Positions 35,093 to 43,898 of a stretch of 60,839 nucleotides of DNA are shown in pieces (the first letter of the stretch is position 1; each line of letters starts with the position of its first letter). Position numbers and translations under genes: made by a program. This DNA is from Thermoplasmata archaeon (GTDB taxonomy: Archaea > Thermoplasmatota > Thermoplasmata > Lutacidiplasmatales > UBA184): positions 1 to 60,839 of the forward strand of contig JAKIVU010000007.1 in NCBI GenBank assembly GCA_022750375.1, written 5' to 3'. The notes below the pieces were generated by a model, which saw nothing but the letters and a program-made list of their open reading frames with translations, was not told the origin of the DNA and ran no database searches.

Positions 35093-37996
35093 ATGGACTC
35101 TCGCGGTGTCCAGCGATGGCAGGGGGAGTGGGCCCGCGCGGGCCTCGCGACTGGGCAGCGCGACTCCCGCCGGGGGAAATTCTACGCCCTCGTGGCCTAC
35201 CCCGGCTCGAGCGGATTCCTTCACGTCGGCCATCTTCGCGCGTATGCGTACGCCGACGCGCTCCACCGCTATCACCGGGCCCTGGGGGAGTCGGTGCTCT
35301 TCCCGTTCGGTCTGCACGCCTCGGGGCTTCCCGCCGTCACGTGGGCCCGCCGGCTCAAGGCACGAGACCCTTCGGTCGTCCGGTCCCTCGAGGACGCGGG
35401 GGTTCCACCACCGGTGTGGCCCGCCCTGGAGACTCCCGAAGAGGCCGCGCGCTTTCTCGGCGAGGAGTATCAGCGCGTCCTACGGACGGTGGGGGTGCTC
35501 GTCGACGAGAGCACCTACCTCACGACGATCGATGACGATTATCGTCGGTTCGTTCAGTGGCAACTGCGAACCCTCCACGCGGCCGGCGAGGTGGTCCAGG
35601 GGTCCTACTATTCGGCGGTGTGTCCGGTGTGCGGACCTATCGCGGTCGATGCATCCGAGACTGACCTCGACAGTGGCGGCGACGCCGAGGTGATCCGATT
35701 CACTTTGGTTCCGTTCCGCCTCGACGACGGGAGGACCCTGCTCGCCGCCACGCTCCGTCCGGAGACGATCTACGGTGTCACGAACGTGTGGGTCGCGCCG
35801 GACGAGGAGCTGGTCATCTGGCATCTCGGGTCAGAAGAGTTCCTCATCGCTCGCGCGGGCGGTGACCGGCTCGTCGATCAGCATGGGGGACGTCTCGGGC
35901 GCGTCGTCCCCGCTGCGGAGTTGGTCCGACGCACGGTGCACGTCCCGATCACGGGGGGCACGGTCCCCATCCTGACGAGCTCCCTGGTCGACCCCGCGAT
36001 CGGAACGGGCGTCGTGATGAGCGTTCCCGCGCACGCCCCCGCCGATGCCGCCGCCGTCGCCGAGCTCTCGTCGGCCGAGCGGGACGCGCTCGGTCCTCCA
36101 CCCATCCTGCTCGACATCGCGCACGACCCTCCGCTCACCGTGTCCGAAGAAGCTCTGACGCAGGGCGACGGGACCCCCGCCGAAAAGGCCCTTCGAGCGA
36201 CCAGGGCACGGGGGCTCTCCGACCGCGAGGCGGTCGAGGCCGCCACGGAGCGCCTCTACCGTCTGGAGTTCGTCCGCGGCACGATGACGGTCGAGTCGCT
36301 CCGCGGTATCTCTGTGCGGGAGGCCCGGGACCGCGTCGCGAAGTCGCTCGCCGACGCGGGGTCGTCCCTGCAACTCCAGGAATTCTCGAAACCGGTGATC
36401 TGCCGGAACGGGCACGCCGTGGTCATCCGCAAGGTCTCCGACCAGTGGTTCCTCCGATACAGCGATCCGGAGTGGAAGGCTCGGACCCTCGAGGCCGCTC
36501 GGACGTTGGTCACGTGGCCCCCCGAATACGCCCACGAACTCCCCGGGATCATCGAGTGGTTCGCGGACCGACCGTGCGCTCGGAAGGGACCGTGGCTCGG
36601 GACGCCGTTCCCGCTCGACCCGAGCTGGACACTGGAGCCGATCGCCGACTCGACGTTCTACATGGCGTTCTTCATCGTGCGGCGGTTCCTCGCGGCCGGC
36701 CGTCTCCGTCCGGAACAGCTGACCGACGCGTTCTTTGATCACGTGTTTCGAGGGGTCGGGTCGGGCGAGCCGTCGATCCCGGCGGGGCTCCAGGCCGAGG
36801 TACGGGAGGAGTTCCTCTACTGGTATCCGCTCGACATCAACATGGGCGGACACGAGCACAAGAGCGTGCACTTTCCGGTGTTCGTCTACACCCACGCCCG
36901 CCTCGTGGCCCCCGAGCTCCGACCGCGCGGGATCTATGTGAACGGATGGATCACGGGGCCTAGCGGCACCAAGATCTCCAAGAAGGACGTCTCGGTCGGA
37001 AAGGGCCGAATCCCTTCGATCTACCGGGCGCTCGAGCGGTGGGGTCCGGACGCGCTCCGGCTCTACTACGTCAGCGCCGCGTCCCCTTCGGCGGACGTGG
37101 AGTGGAACCCGGAAACGGTGGACGCCGCGCTCGCGCGTCTCCTCGAGGTCGAGCGGCTGGTCCGGGAGACTCGGGGTCAGGGCCGGGGTCCTCCCGAACT
37201 CGATGCGTGGCTCCTCTCCCGGATGCACCAGATCATCACCCGAGTCCGCGACGGACTGGGTCGAGCGGACCTGCGGCCCGTGGCCGAGGAGGTCTATGTC
37301 ACCGTGCCCGCCGTGATCCGACGCTACTACGCGCGGGGCGGGGTCGCCGGCGAGGCGACGGACAAGGTCGGGCGGGCGTGGACGCTCCTCCTCGGCCCGA
37401 TCACCCCCCACCTCGCGGAGGAAGTAGGCGACGGCCGGTTCGACGGTCTGGTCGCGACTCAGCCGTTCCCGTCGCCGTCAGATTTTCCCTCCTCCGAACC
37501 AGCGGAGGCCCGGGAAGAGTACCTTCAACGCGTCGAGGACGACCTCCGCGCGGTACTGCGCCCGTCGTCCGAACGCGGGGACCCCACACCCGGAGCCGCG
37601 ATCTTCTTCATCGCGTCTCCGTGGAAGGCGGTCGTGGAACGTTGGATGCGCGAGGCGGTCGCCCGTGGGGAGACGCCGTCGGTCCGGGCGATCATGGAGC
37701 GCGTGCAGACCCATCCCGAACTCACGGGGTACCGCACGGAGATCCCGAAGTATGTCCAACGGGTGGCCCCGCTCCTTCGCTCCGAGCCTGCGATCGAGCC
37801 TCCCTCCGTGGAAGAGGACGGCACGCTCCGGGCGGCGGAGGCGTATCTCGTTCGTCGCTTCGGATTCGGCTCGGTGGGGGTCTACCCCGAGGACGAAGGG
37901 GCAGGGGCCGACCCACTCGGGCGCCGCGATCGATCACGGCCAGGGAAGCCCGCGTTCTACTTGGTACGTCCCGGAGCCCCCAAGGGAACCGACTAG
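35093..37996 (+). CDS. leuS: Leucine--tRNA ligase (archaeal type)
   Basis: HVGH (HIGH), CP1 editing ATLRPET and GTGVVMSVPAH, IEPIADST-like, WYP.D, KISK, APWK-like SPWK. Confidence 0.95.
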   Translation: MDSRGVQRWQGEWARAGLATGQRDSRRGKFYALVAYPGSSGFLHVGHLRAYAYADALHRYHRALGESVLFPFGLHASGLPAVTWARRLKARDPSVVRSLEDAGVPPPVWPALETPEEAARFLGEEYQRVLRTVGVLVDESTYLTTIDDDYRRFVQWQLRTLHAAGEVVQGSYYSAVCPVCGPIAVDASETDLDSGGDAEVIRFTLVPFRLDDGRTLLAATLRPETIYGVTNVWVAPDEELVIWHLGSEEFLIARAGGDRLVDQHGGRLGRVVPAAELVRRTVHVPITGGTVPILTSSLVDPAIGTGVVMSVPAHAPADAAAVAELSSAERDALGPPPILLDIAHDPPLTVSEEALTQGDGTPAEKALRATRARGLSDREAVEAATERLYRLEFVRGTMTVESLRGISVREARDRVAKSLADAGSSLQLQEFSKPVICRNGHAVVIRKVSDQWFLRYSDPEWKARTLEAARTLVTWPPEYAHELPGIIEWFADRPCARKGPWLGTPFPLDPSWTLEPIADSTFYMAFFIVRRFLAAGRLRPEQLTDAFFDHVFRGVGSGEPSIPAGLQAEVREEFLYWYPLDINMGGHEHKSVHFPVFVYTHARLVAPELRPRGIYVNGWITGPSGTKISKKDVSVGKGRIPSIYRALERWGPDALRLYYVSAASPSADVEWNPETVDAALARLLEVERLVRETRGQGRGPPELDAWLLSRMHQIITRVRDGLGRADLRPVAEEVYVTVPAVIRRYYARGGVAGEATDKVGRAWTLLLGPITPHLAEEVGDGRFDGLVATQPFPSPSDFPSSEPAEAREEYLQRVEDDLRAVLRPSSERGDPTPGAAIFFIASPWKAVVERWMREAVARGETPSVRAIMERVQTHPELTGYRTEIPKYVQRVAPLLRSEPAIEPPSVEEDGTLRAAEAYLVRRFGFGSVGVYPEDEGAGADPLGRRDRSRPGKPAFYLVRPGAPKGTD

Positions 37997-38016
37997 GATT
38001 CGAACCCGCTCCGTGC

Positions 38017-38577
38017 TCAGTGGCGTCGCGCCGCGCGCTTCGCCGGAAAGTTGAGGTGCATCCGCGACGGGGTCGGGTGGCGGGAGACTTTCCGATACTT
38101 GGCCGAACTCTTCGCCGAATAGCTCCGTTCGATGCGCCCCGAGATCTCGAAATAGATCAACTGTCCGACCGGCATGCCCGGGTAGATGCGGACCGGGAGC
38201 TTGACGCTCATCTCGAGCGTCCAGTAGTTGCAGAACCCCTCGTCGCCTTTCCCCGCCGTGGAGTGGATGTCGATACCGAGCCGACCGACGCTCGACTTCC
38301 CTTCGAGGAACGGAACGAAACCGTGCGTCTCGGTGTACTCCTCGGTCACCCCGAGGTAAAGCTGCCCCGGCACGAGCACGAACCCCTCCTTGGGGATCCG
38401 AAATTCGTGGACCGGGTTCGGGATCCGCGCGTCCAGGGCGCCGCTGCTGTACACCGCGAGGTACGGTCCGAGGTGAACGTCGTACGAATTCGTTCCGAGA
38501 CAATCACGCCGGAAGGGCCGGACGACGATGTTCCCTCGGCGCATCTCGTCGCGGATCTTGACGTCCGAGAGGATCAT
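38017..38577 (-). CDS. dcd: dCTP deaminase
   Basis: ILSD, NSYDVHLG, EGKSSVGRLG, WTLE, GQLIYF. Confidence 0.95.
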   Translation of the reverse strand: MILSDVKIRDEMRRGNIVVRPFRRDCLGTNSYDVHLGPYLAVYSSGALDARIPNPVHEFRIPKEGFVLVPGQLYLGVTEEYTETHGFVPFLEGKSSVGRLGIDIHSTAGKGDEGFCNYWTLEMSVKLPVRIYPGMPVGQLIYFEISGRIERSYSAKSSAKYRKVSRHPTPSRMHLNFPAKRAARRH

Positions 38578-38606
38578 GGCGCGCCGGCGCCGCCGAGCGA
38601 GCTTCG

Positions 38607-39470
38607 CTATTTAAAGGGGGACGCGGCGGAGGTCGAAGCTTCGAGGGCGAGCGAGGCATATCCGACGACCTCGCGCGTCGGGTGGACCTCCCCCGAGTGC
38701 CCCCAGCGGAGGAGCCGGGGGCGGAGGTGTTCGTCCTCGAGCGCGGCGAGGAGGACCGTCGTCGGGGCGACCCCGCACATCGAGATATCGTGGTCCGCGA
38801 CCGTGTCGTACAACCGTCGCGCGTCCCCCGCCAGGATCGCTTCGATCGCCATCCCGTCGAGTCGTTCCGCAGTCTTCGCGGGGAGGTAATGTGAAAAATC
38901 CGTTGACGCGAGGAGGAGTACGTCCCGGTCCCGGACCGCCTCCCGGACCACGCGGGCGACGTCGCGGAGGTAGTCGAACGGTCCGAACCGGACCTGCAGC
39001 GCCACGAATCGGGGATGAGGGACGACGTACTCGAGGAACGGGAGTTGCACTTCGATAGAATGCTCCCGGACGTGCGCGGCCTCGTCGACGGTGACCGGCG
39101 CGCGCGTGAGCGCGCGGACCAGGTCATGGTCGACCGAGAGGGGACCGAGGGGGGTCAGCCAGTCGCGGTCGGAGAGCGCCGCGCCCGTCCCCAGCCCGTA
39201 GTGGTCCACACCGAGGATGAGCACGGACTCTGGGGGCCGCTCCTCCGCGACCAGGGAGTACGCGTGCGCCGCGATCGGGCCGGAGAACTCGTATCCGGCG
39301 TGCGGTACGATGGCGGCGCGGAGCGGGCGCGTTCCTGAACGGTGTCGAGTCGGGAGTTCACCGGGTCCCCGGGGGTCGAGGAAGCAACGTTCGACCTGGT
39401 GGGCCAGCGCCGCTCCGGTGCCTTCGTAGAACTGGCCCGCCATGATCGGAGCGCGCGCGGTAGCGTTCAC
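38607..39470 (-). CDS. MEMO1-family (AmmeMemoRadiSam protein B) protein
   Basis: AGQFY, VPHAGY.FSG, HVREHSIEVQLPFL, ASTDFSHY, SMCG, VVGY. Confidence 0.93.
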   Translation of the reverse strand: MNATARAPIMAGQFYEGTGAALAHQVERCFLDPRGPGELPTRHRSGTRPLRAAIVPHAGYEFSGPIAAHAYSLVAEERPPESVLILGVDHYGLGTGAALSDRDWLTPLGPLSVDHDLVRALTRAPVTVDEAAHVREHSIEVQLPFLEYVVPHPRFVALQVRFGPFDYLRDVARVVREAVRDRDVLLLASTDFSHYLPAKTAERLDGMAIEAILAGDARRLYDTVADHDISMCGVAPTTVLLAALEDEHLRPRLLRWGHSGEVHPTREVVGYASLALEASTSAASPFK

Positions 39471-39478
39471 GCCCGCCC

Positions 39479-39925
39479 TCAGGGTACGGAGAGGTCCGCG
39501 ACGACACCCTTCGCCTCGTCGTCCGCGAGGCGGACCCGAGCCGGAGGGTGGAACGGGTTCGATTCTCCGTAGCGGGGGATCAGGTGGAAATGCAGGTGGA
39601 AGACGATCTGCCCCGCCTTCGCGCCGGCGTTCAACGCGACGTTGTAGTCGGACGTAAGCCGTTCCGCTCGGCGACACATCTTCTCGAGCGTGCGCAGCAC
39701 GGCGGCTTGATCTTCTGCTCCGAAGTCGGTGAGGCGGGCGCCGTGACGCTTAGGGATGACGAGGAGGTGACCCCTAGTGAACGGGAAGAGGTCGAGGAAG
39801 GCGACGGTCGCCTCGTCCTCGAAGACGCGGTACGCGGGGGCCCGACCCGCGACGATCTCGCAAAAGACACACTTCGCGGACGACGCCGGGGCGGAATCCA
39901 TTTGCGGACCGACCTCGCTCTCCAA
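39479..39925 (-). CDS. HIT-family nucleotide hydrolase
   Basis: CVFC, FLDLFP, GHLLVIPKRH, GQIVFHLHFHLIP. Start may be 39901. Confidence 0.93.
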   Translation of the reverse strand: MESEVGPQMDSAPASSAKCVFCEIVAGRAPAYRVFEDEATVAFLDLFPFTRGHLLVIPKRHGARLTDFGAEDQAAVLRTLEKMCRRAERLTSDYNVALNAGAKAGQIVFHLHFHLIPRYGESNPFHPPARVRLADDEAKGVVADLSVP

Positions 39926-39954
39926 TAAAGGGTTGCGCGGTCCCCCCGGTTAGG

Positions 39955-42309
39955 GTGGCCTCATTAGGAGTGCGCGACCTCCGGGAGCTGATGCGAACAC
40001 CGATCGCGCTCCTCGCGGTGGTGATCGCCACCCTCGTGGTGGCATCTCCGCTGGCCGCGGGCGAGCGCCCCACCGCCATCGCGGCGAGCCCCGCCGCTTC
40101 CGACGTTCTCGTCACCGACGCGGTGTCGCTCCCTCCGGGCGTGTCGGTCATCTCGATGGACGGCTCCGCCCCGCTCGAAATATCTCTCACCCTGGCGTAT
40201 CCGCACCCGACGACCCTCGAACGTTTCCTAGCGGCCGACGGGGACCCGAGTTCGCCGCTGTATCGCGCCTATCTGACCCACGATCAATTCGAGTCGACCT
40301 TCGCGCCCACGGTGTCGACGGCCAGCACCGTCGTCGCCGGACTGGAAGCGGCGGGTGCCCGGGGCGTCTCGGTCGCGCCGGACCGCCTCTCCGTGATGGC
40401 GAGGCTCTCGGCGAGTCAGGTCGACTCGCTGTTCCACGTTCGAATGGTCGATTTCGGGAGCGCCCAGGGCCACGCGGTGTACACCGCCTTGGGTACCCCC
40501 GTGCTCCCTTCGAGTCTCCAGGGCCTCGTTTCGGGCATCAGCGGACTCAGCAACTCTGCCGACCTCCGACTAACGCTCAATCTCGCGGCCGGGCGACCGG
40601 TCCCCGTCCCGGTCCGCAGCGGCGACAACCAGTTCATCGTCAACAACAGCACCGGACAGCAGTGGCTGATCGGTTCCGATTTCACCCAGGCCTTCCAGTC
40701 GACCGGTCTGTTCCCGGGGAACGCGAGTGTGGTGAACCCGATCAACGCGACCTACCCGACCGGGGTCGCGATCGCCACGCTCCTCGCGAGCGGGTACAAC
40801 GAGACCAACAGCAGCAACACGCCCCCGTGGGACCCTGCCGTGATCCACGCGTACTACAACGACACGTTCCAGAACGATAGTCCGAGCACGAAGTGGCCCC
40901 AGTCCAACCTCACCGGCGTGCCGGTGACCGTGGCCGGGGATACACCGCCCCTCCCCGGGCCGTTTGGGAATCTCACGGACGACACCTTGAATGAGTTCGA
41001 GAACTCCCTCGACCTCGAGATGGCCGGCAGCCTCGCCCCCGGCGCTCCGCTCTACAATTTCTACTTCGGGGGCAACTTGCTGGCCGGCGCGATCACGGAC
41101 GCCGACGCCGCGTCGTACTTCGACCTCGACCTCGCCTCCGCGCTCGCCTACAACTACACGCCCGCACGGCTGGGAGTCGTCTCCGCGTCGTTCGGCATCA
41201 CGGACCTGAACGACTCTACGTGGAATCACGAGCTTCAGGAGGCCGCGGCGACGGGGGTGACCGTCGTCGCCTCGAGTGGCGACCAGGGCAACGCACCCGA
41301 CACGCTCAGCGGCCGGGGCAACGGACAGTGGCTCATCTGGCCGGCGTCGGCCGCGTTCAACAGTTCGGGGACCGTTTCGGTTGGTGGCGTGTCGCTCGGG
41401 TTCACGGGGACTCCGAACGGCTGGCTGAACGCGACCAATCTGAGCGTCGCGTACGACTCCACCCTGGGTCACATCACGAACGTCTCGGCGTGGTGGTCTA
41501 CGTCGGGCGGTGCCGGTACCTTCGAGGGCACCGAGGGGGGTGCGAGCATCGTGTACCCGGAACCGTCCTGGCAATTCCAATCGGCGGCACAGTGGAACAT
41601 CGTCAACGCAACCGTCGTCCAGGGGGCGAGCGTGCTCGGCCGCTCCGGGCCGGACCTCGCCTTCCCCGCCAACTCGACGATCGCCTACGTCGAAGCGAAT
41701 TCCACGGGGACGGTGTTCGGCACTCTGCTCGAAGGCACGAGCATCGCGGCGCCAGCGTTCGCCGGCTTCCTCGCCGACGAGATCGCGGTCTCGAACCATC
41801 TGTTCGGATTCCTCGACCCCGAGATCTACCGAATCGCGAGCTACTTTGCGGCCCACCCCAGTCCCACGAACCCGTTCTACGACGTGACGAACGGTTCGAA
41901 CTACGTGTTCACCGCAGGCCCCGGCTGGGACGCGACGACCGGATGGGGCTTACCGATCGCCCCGCTGTTCTACGCGGCCGACTCTACGCCGGCGATCCGT
42001 GGCTACGTCTACACGGGGCCCACCCATGTCCTTCCGACGACCGCGCCGCCGCCGGGCGTTCCCTGGACGGAGATCCTCATCATCTTCGGAGTCGGAGCGG
42101 CGGTCGCGATCGCTCTCGTGGTCGTGATGGCCCGTCCCACGCAGGGTGCCGGGGTGCCTCCGCCTCCGCCGTCGTACGGATCGATGCCCCCGTCGGCGCC
42201 GGGGACGTTCCCGACCTCCGCGTACAACGGTCCGACCTTCCTTTGCCCGTACTGCGGAGCGCTCCGACCGGCCGAGCCGGTCCGATGCCCGCGGTGCGGT
42301 GCGCTCTAG
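39955..42309 (+). CDS. S53 (sedolisin/kumamolisin) peptidase with a pro-domain, C-terminal TM anchor and cytoplasmic zinc ribbon
   Basis: Signal-like N terminus, pro-domain (YLTHDQF...FAP), ENSLD, SSGD, EGTSIAAP, Ca site YDVTNG..GWDATTGWG, TM, CPYC..CPRC. Confidence 0.92.
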   Translation: MASLGVRDLRELMRTPIALLAVVIATLVVASPLAAGERPTAIAASPAASDVLVTDAVSLPPGVSVISMDGSAPLEISLTLAYPHPTTLERFLAADGDPSSPLYRAYLTHDQFESTFAPTVSTASTVVAGLEAAGARGVSVAPDRLSVMARLSASQVDSLFHVRMVDFGSAQGHAVYTALGTPVLPSSLQGLVSGISGLSNSADLRLTLNLAAGRPVPVPVRSGDNQFIVNNSTGQQWLIGSDFTQAFQSTGLFPGNASVVNPINATYPTGVAIATLLASGYNETNSSNTPPWDPAVIHAYYNDTFQNDSPSTKWPQSNLTGVPVTVAGDTPPLPGPFGNLTDDTLNEFENSLDLEMAGSLAPGAPLYNFYFGGNLLAGAITDADAASYFDLDLASALAYNYTPARLGVVSASFGITDLNDSTWNHELQEAAATGVTVVASSGDQGNAPDTLSGRGNGQWLIWPASAAFNSSGTVSVGGVSLGFTGTPNGWLNATNLSVAYDSTLGHITNVSAWWSTSGGAGTFEGTEGGASIVYPEPSWQFQSAAQWNIVNATVVQGASVLGRSGPDLAFPANSTIAYVEANSTGTVFGTLLEGTSIAAPAFAGFLADEIAVSNHLFGFLDPEIYRIASYFAAHPSPTNPFYDVTNGSNYVFTAGPGWDATTGWGLPIAPLFYAADSTPAIRGYVYTGPTHVLPTTAPPPGVPWTEILIIFGVGAAVAIALVVVMARPTQGAGVPPPPPSYGSMPPSAPGTFPTSAYNGPTFLCPYCGALRPAEPVRCPRCGAL

Positions 42310-42938
42310 AGCGTAGTGGACGGCTCGGCCGCGGCGGTCGCTACCACGGGCTCGGGAGCCGGCGCGGGGGCCTCGGGCGCCTCCGCCGGCGCGACCGGCG
42401 CCTCGGGGAGCGGCGCAGGCGGGGCGACGCCGAGCTTCTGTTCGAGGAACCGTCGGATCTCCTCCGGGCGAGGCGAGGCAATCCCGAAGTATTCGATGAA
42501 GCGGCGCGTGGTGCTCAGTTCGAGCGTGGAGCCTTTCGGTTCGGTGTGCACGAGGCCGATCGTCCGCAGACGTTGGACCTCCTCGTAGGCAACGTCGCCG
42601 ATCATCCGGACCAGCACGCTCTGGAGGATCGGCTGATGGTAGGCGACGAGCGTGAGCGCCTTCAGGGTACGGGGAGCCATCTCCACCGGCGTGACGGAGT
42701 GAACGGTCGGCACGTACCGCTCCTCCAGCTGAAGGGCGTACCGGTCCCCGACCTTTCGGATCTCGAGGGCGGACTGCCGGTTCTCGTAGGTCTGCTCGAG
42801 CGTGCGGACCGCTTTCAGCACCGGCCGGTAGTCCGCGAGGCCAAGGGCATCGGCGAGCTCCTTCACGCTCATTGGCTTGCCGGCGGCGAAGAGGACCGCC
42901 TCGACCTGGAAGACGAGGTCGTCCAGTTTGGACGGCAT
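42306..42938 (-). CDS. scpB: SMC-Scp complex subunit ScpB
   Basis: VEAVLFAAG, LTLVAYHQPI, TTRRFIEYFG. Confidence 0.93.
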   Translation of the reverse strand: MPSKLDDLVFQVEAVLFAAGKPMSVKELADALGLADYRPVLKAVRTLEQTYENRQSALEIRKVGDRYALQLEERYVPTVHSVTPVEMAPRTLKALTLVAYHQPILQSVLVRMIGDVAYEEVQRLRTIGLVHTEPKGSTLELSTTRRFIEYFGIASPRPEEIRRFLEQKLGVAPPAPLPEAPVAPAEAPEAPAPAPEPVVATAAAEPSTTL

Positions 42939-42941
42939 GGC

Positions 42942-43898
42942 TCAGCTCGCCTCCGTGACGACCTTGCGCACTTCGGACATCCGTACGACCATGACGGGGC
43001 TCTCCCCGAGCGATTCCTGGCGGAGGTCGATCGAGCGCTCTCGGGCGAGGAACAGGGCGGCGAGGAAGATCGCGACCAGTCGGTCGCGACCCGAGAGGGG
43101 GTTCCAGAGACCGAGGAGCGGGAACGGTTCGTCTACCGGGTGTCGAAGGGCCGCCTCCCACGTGTCGACCAGGTCGTGCTCTGGCAGATCGCCGTGCACC
43201 AGCACCTCGGGAGGGGCGCGTTGCTCTTCTCGAAGGCGCTCGCGAAGCTCCTGAATCCGTACCGCGCGGCGGGCGTCGGCCTCCGCTTCGCCGAAGGCGC
43301 GAACGAGCTCTAGCAAGGAGACCGGTCGCGTTTCCGGGTGCCGGACCATCTCCAGGAGGGGCGGCGCGTCCATCGACCCGAGGATGGACGACGTGACGTC
43401 GACCGCCTCCGGCGTCTCCATCAGCGGCAGGTAGCCGTCGTCGATCGGACTCGCCTCGAGGTCGCCACCGACCGGCGGAACGACCGCATTCTCCCGAGAC
43501 TTGAGGATCTCCTCCGATTGGAGGTAGAGGATGCTCCACGCCATGTACATGAGCCGACCGGCGATCGCGAAGTTGACGGCGCCGTCCGTCTGGACGCGCT
43601 CGAGGTACGACTGCGTGAACTTCACGAGGTCGATCTCCCACGGGTCGAACTCCTCCTCCATCACGAGCTCGAAGAGGAGGGCCATCGCCTTTTGGAACGG
43701 GTCGGGGATCACGAGGTGGACCCCGTCCTTCAGGTTCTCGACGAGGGTCAGGTAACGTTCCAGCAGCGCGGAGGTATCTTCGGCCTCGCCGAGGAGCGAA
43801 CGGTGGAAGACGAGGTATCCGAGCACCTTCTCGGCGGCTTCGCGCGGCACGGCGTTGGGACTCAGGAGTCCCGCGGCCTCGCTCTCGGAGATCGTCAT
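42942..43898 (-). CDS. scpA: Kleisin ScpA
   Basis: DPWEIDL, AGRLMYMAW.IL.L.S, FLAALFL; lies between smc and scpB. Confidence 0.88.
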   Translation of the reverse strand: MTISESEAAGLLSPNAVPREAAEKVLGYLVFHRSLLGEAEDTSALLERYLTLVENLKDGVHLVIPDPFQKAMALLFELVMEEEFDPWEIDLVKFTQSYLERVQTDGAVNFAIAGRLMYMAWSILYLQSEEILKSRENAVVPPVGGDLEASPIDDGYLPLMETPEAVDVTSSILGSMDAPPLLEMVRHPETRPVSLLELVRAFGEAEADARRAVRIQELRERLREEQRAPPEVLVHGDLPEHDLVDTWEAALRHPVDEPFPLLGLWNPLSGRDRLVAIFLAALFLARERSIDLRQESLGESPVMVVRMSEVRKVVTEAS

